DNA of 58,766 nucleotides from Bdellovibrionota bacterium (GTDB lineage Bacteria; Bdellovibrionota; UBA1018; UBA923): the NCBI GenBank assembly GCA_040754655.1, contig JBFMCE010000006.1, positions 1 through 58,766 of the forward strand, in the 5' to 3' direction. Made by a program: the position numbers and the translations under genes. Each line of letters begins with the position of its first letter. Position 1 is the first letter of the stretch. Of this stretch, positions 57,416 to 58,766 are shown piece after piece. Under the pieces are notes generated by a model. The model saw nothing but the letters and a program-made list of their open reading frames with translations, did no database searches and was not told the origin of the DNA.

Positions 57416-58161
57416 ACTACTTTTAAACTTACGGCTTAGACATTTTGCCAAGGCGTTCGAAACGGATCTGGCATCAATCAATGAGTGAGACTGAAAAAAA
57501 TACGATTCTAAAGCATTTATCGCGGTGGAGCGAGATGGAGCAGTCTGAAAGAAAAAACTCGATCATCGCCTCTCGAATCAGAAGTGCGAGATTCCGCAGA
57601 CTTCAAACCGTTGAAGACTATGATTTTAAGCACTCGGCTACGACGGAAAAAATTGAACGAGCGTATATGAGTCTATTCTCGAGTATCTCTCGAGAAAAAT
57701 TGCCAAGCGCTGTTTTTACGGGCAACGCTGGCGTGGGCAAAACCCATCTTGCCCGTGCACTTGGTTACGCTGCCTGCCAAAAAGGGTTGAGCACTCTGTT
57801 TGCGACTGCGTCCGAAATGGTCAATCATCTGCAGCATGCCCAGAAAACATATTCTTTAGAATCTGAACTCAATCGATATCGAAGACCTCAGGTCTTGATC
57901 ATCGACGAGCTCGGTTACGTGAGCCTCGACGCTCAGGCAAGCAATCTGTTCTTCCAAGTCATATCGAGCAGGCACGATGCGGGCTTCGGCACAATTGCCA
58001 CCACAAATCTGCCGTTTGGGAAGTTTAATCAGATCTTTGCCAACGACGCGATCGCTCACGCCATCGTTGACCGACTCGTTAATGACGCTGAAGTCTTCTT
58101 CATGGAGGGCGAATCCTATCGGCAGCACCAACGAAAACTGAAAACAAAAAATAAGAGCTGA
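57369..58161 (+). pseudogene. istB: IS21 helper ATPase IstB, frameshifted near its 5' end
   Basis: GNAGVGKTHLA, LIIDELGY, TTN and AIVDRL; RBS-led ATG 57369 frame is broken by an ATCA duplication at 57473-80. Confidence 0.85.
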
Positions 58162-58331
58162 TTTTTTTAATCGCTTTGCAAAAGCGTTGTACCCTTGCTC
58201 GGTCCCAAGATGGACCGGGCAAGGCATTGCTTTACGCTGGCGACATCTGGCCCAATTCCAAACCGCTATTGGTGGCAGGGTGGCCGGCGCTAAACCGCGA
58301 AAACTGGCCTAGTTTGAAACCGCGCGCTCCA

Positions 58332-58402
58332 ATCGATGGAGGCTGAACGTCAATGACAATGAGCGCTTTACGCCGGGTCGAGTTAGGTATTTTCATGTTC
58401 AT
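58332..58402 (-). pseudogene. 5' stub of an isochorismatase/cysteine hydrolase gene cut by the IS right end
   Basis: MNMKIPNSTRRKALIVIDVQ, then runs into the IS terminus. Confidence 0.6.
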
Positions 58403-58423
58403 AAGTTTTAATTTTTCGATCCA

Positions 58424-58657
58424 TTAAAATTTTTTTACATCGCTTTCTTTTGCGTAAACTGCATCTATGCGATCAATAAGCCAAGTTTTGATAAGATCCT
58501 GTCTGGCAATAGCTCGACGGTTGGACTCTTTATCGATCTTCTTCAAAGCCCAAATTGGAATGTCTAAAACCACTCTTTTGGTCCACTGAGATCCGTTGGC
58601 AAGAGTTGTTTCCTGGTCTTCTTTTTCATAATCGTGAGCTTGTTTTTGATCAGCCAT
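58424..58657 (-). CDS. Small CopG/BrnA-like ribbon-helix-helix protein
   Basis: TKRVVLDIPIW.L..ID.E..R....RQ.LIK.WL..RI. Confidence 0.7.
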   Translation of the reverse strand: MADQKQAHDYEKEDQETTLANGSQWTKRVVLDIPIWALKKIDKESNRRAIARQDLIKTWLIDRIDAVYAKESDVKKF

Positions 58658-58766
58658 AATAAACTTTCTCTTTATCTATATGTAGCAGTCTTGTCATCGC
58701 ATTAACTTATGGCAACAAATAGCGTGCTATGCAGCCAAATCAAACTCGATCTTCTGATATTCGACA

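Larger units (their letters stand above)
55191..58331 (+). mobile_element. IS21-family insertion sequence
   Basis: TG...CA termini; both ends read TG-N7-CGGTTTCAAAC-N3-GCCAG...TAGCGCCGGCCACC...GAATTRGGCCAGA; encodes istA/istB. Confidence 0.9.
46053..58766. mobile_element. tRNA-Pro-anchored genomic island / integrative mobilizable element (right end outside window)
   Basis: Starts at the tRNA 3' end; more AT-rich cargo; arm-like repeats; mobC/relaxase, toxin-antitoxin pair and IS. No integrase or second att seen in the window. Confidence 0.7.

Noticed and set aside
1..58766. CRISPR array, cas genes or rRNA
   Set aside because: No repeat-spacer periodicity, cas motifs or rRNA-like sequence seen by eye

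Overview
Bacterial chromosomal window of about 50% GC by eye. Its gene repertoire and sigma-28/sigma-54 promoter-like motifs suggest Bdellovibrionota/Oligoflexia; this is an inference. Bases 1-46 kb hold housekeeping, signalling and secreted-protein genes: xth, a dCMP deaminase, SWIB, an MnmC-like methyltransferase beside a YgiQ radical SAM enzyme, and a degenerate kinase paired with an AlgB/NtrC-like activator. Several genes have sigma-54 promoters. There is also an ApbE/FMN-binding/polyferredoxin/porin redox operon, a 1.3k-aa cytochrome-Ig-DUF1592 protein with a Tat-exported DUF1552 partner, peptidases, a divergent XRE pair and a KaiC-like signalling module. tRNA-Pro(UGG) at 45976-46052 marks the left edge of an integrated mobilizable island that runs past the window end. 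The island carries a DUF5343-like + Swt1-like HEPN gene pair (candidate defence or toxin-antitoxin system) and an unannotated 54-aa peptide gene with a sequestered RBS. It also has a MarR gene with twin palindromic operators divergent from a bioBFDA operon, which ends in a ferritin-like diiron (BioE-like) gene in place of bioC/bioH/bioW. An AbrB/Doc toxin-antitoxin pair, mobC and a relaxase follow. An IS21 element (55191-58331) truncates different genes on its two sides and has a frameshifted istB. I saw no rRNA or CRISPR array. All family assignments come from motif recognition by eye; no database searches were run.
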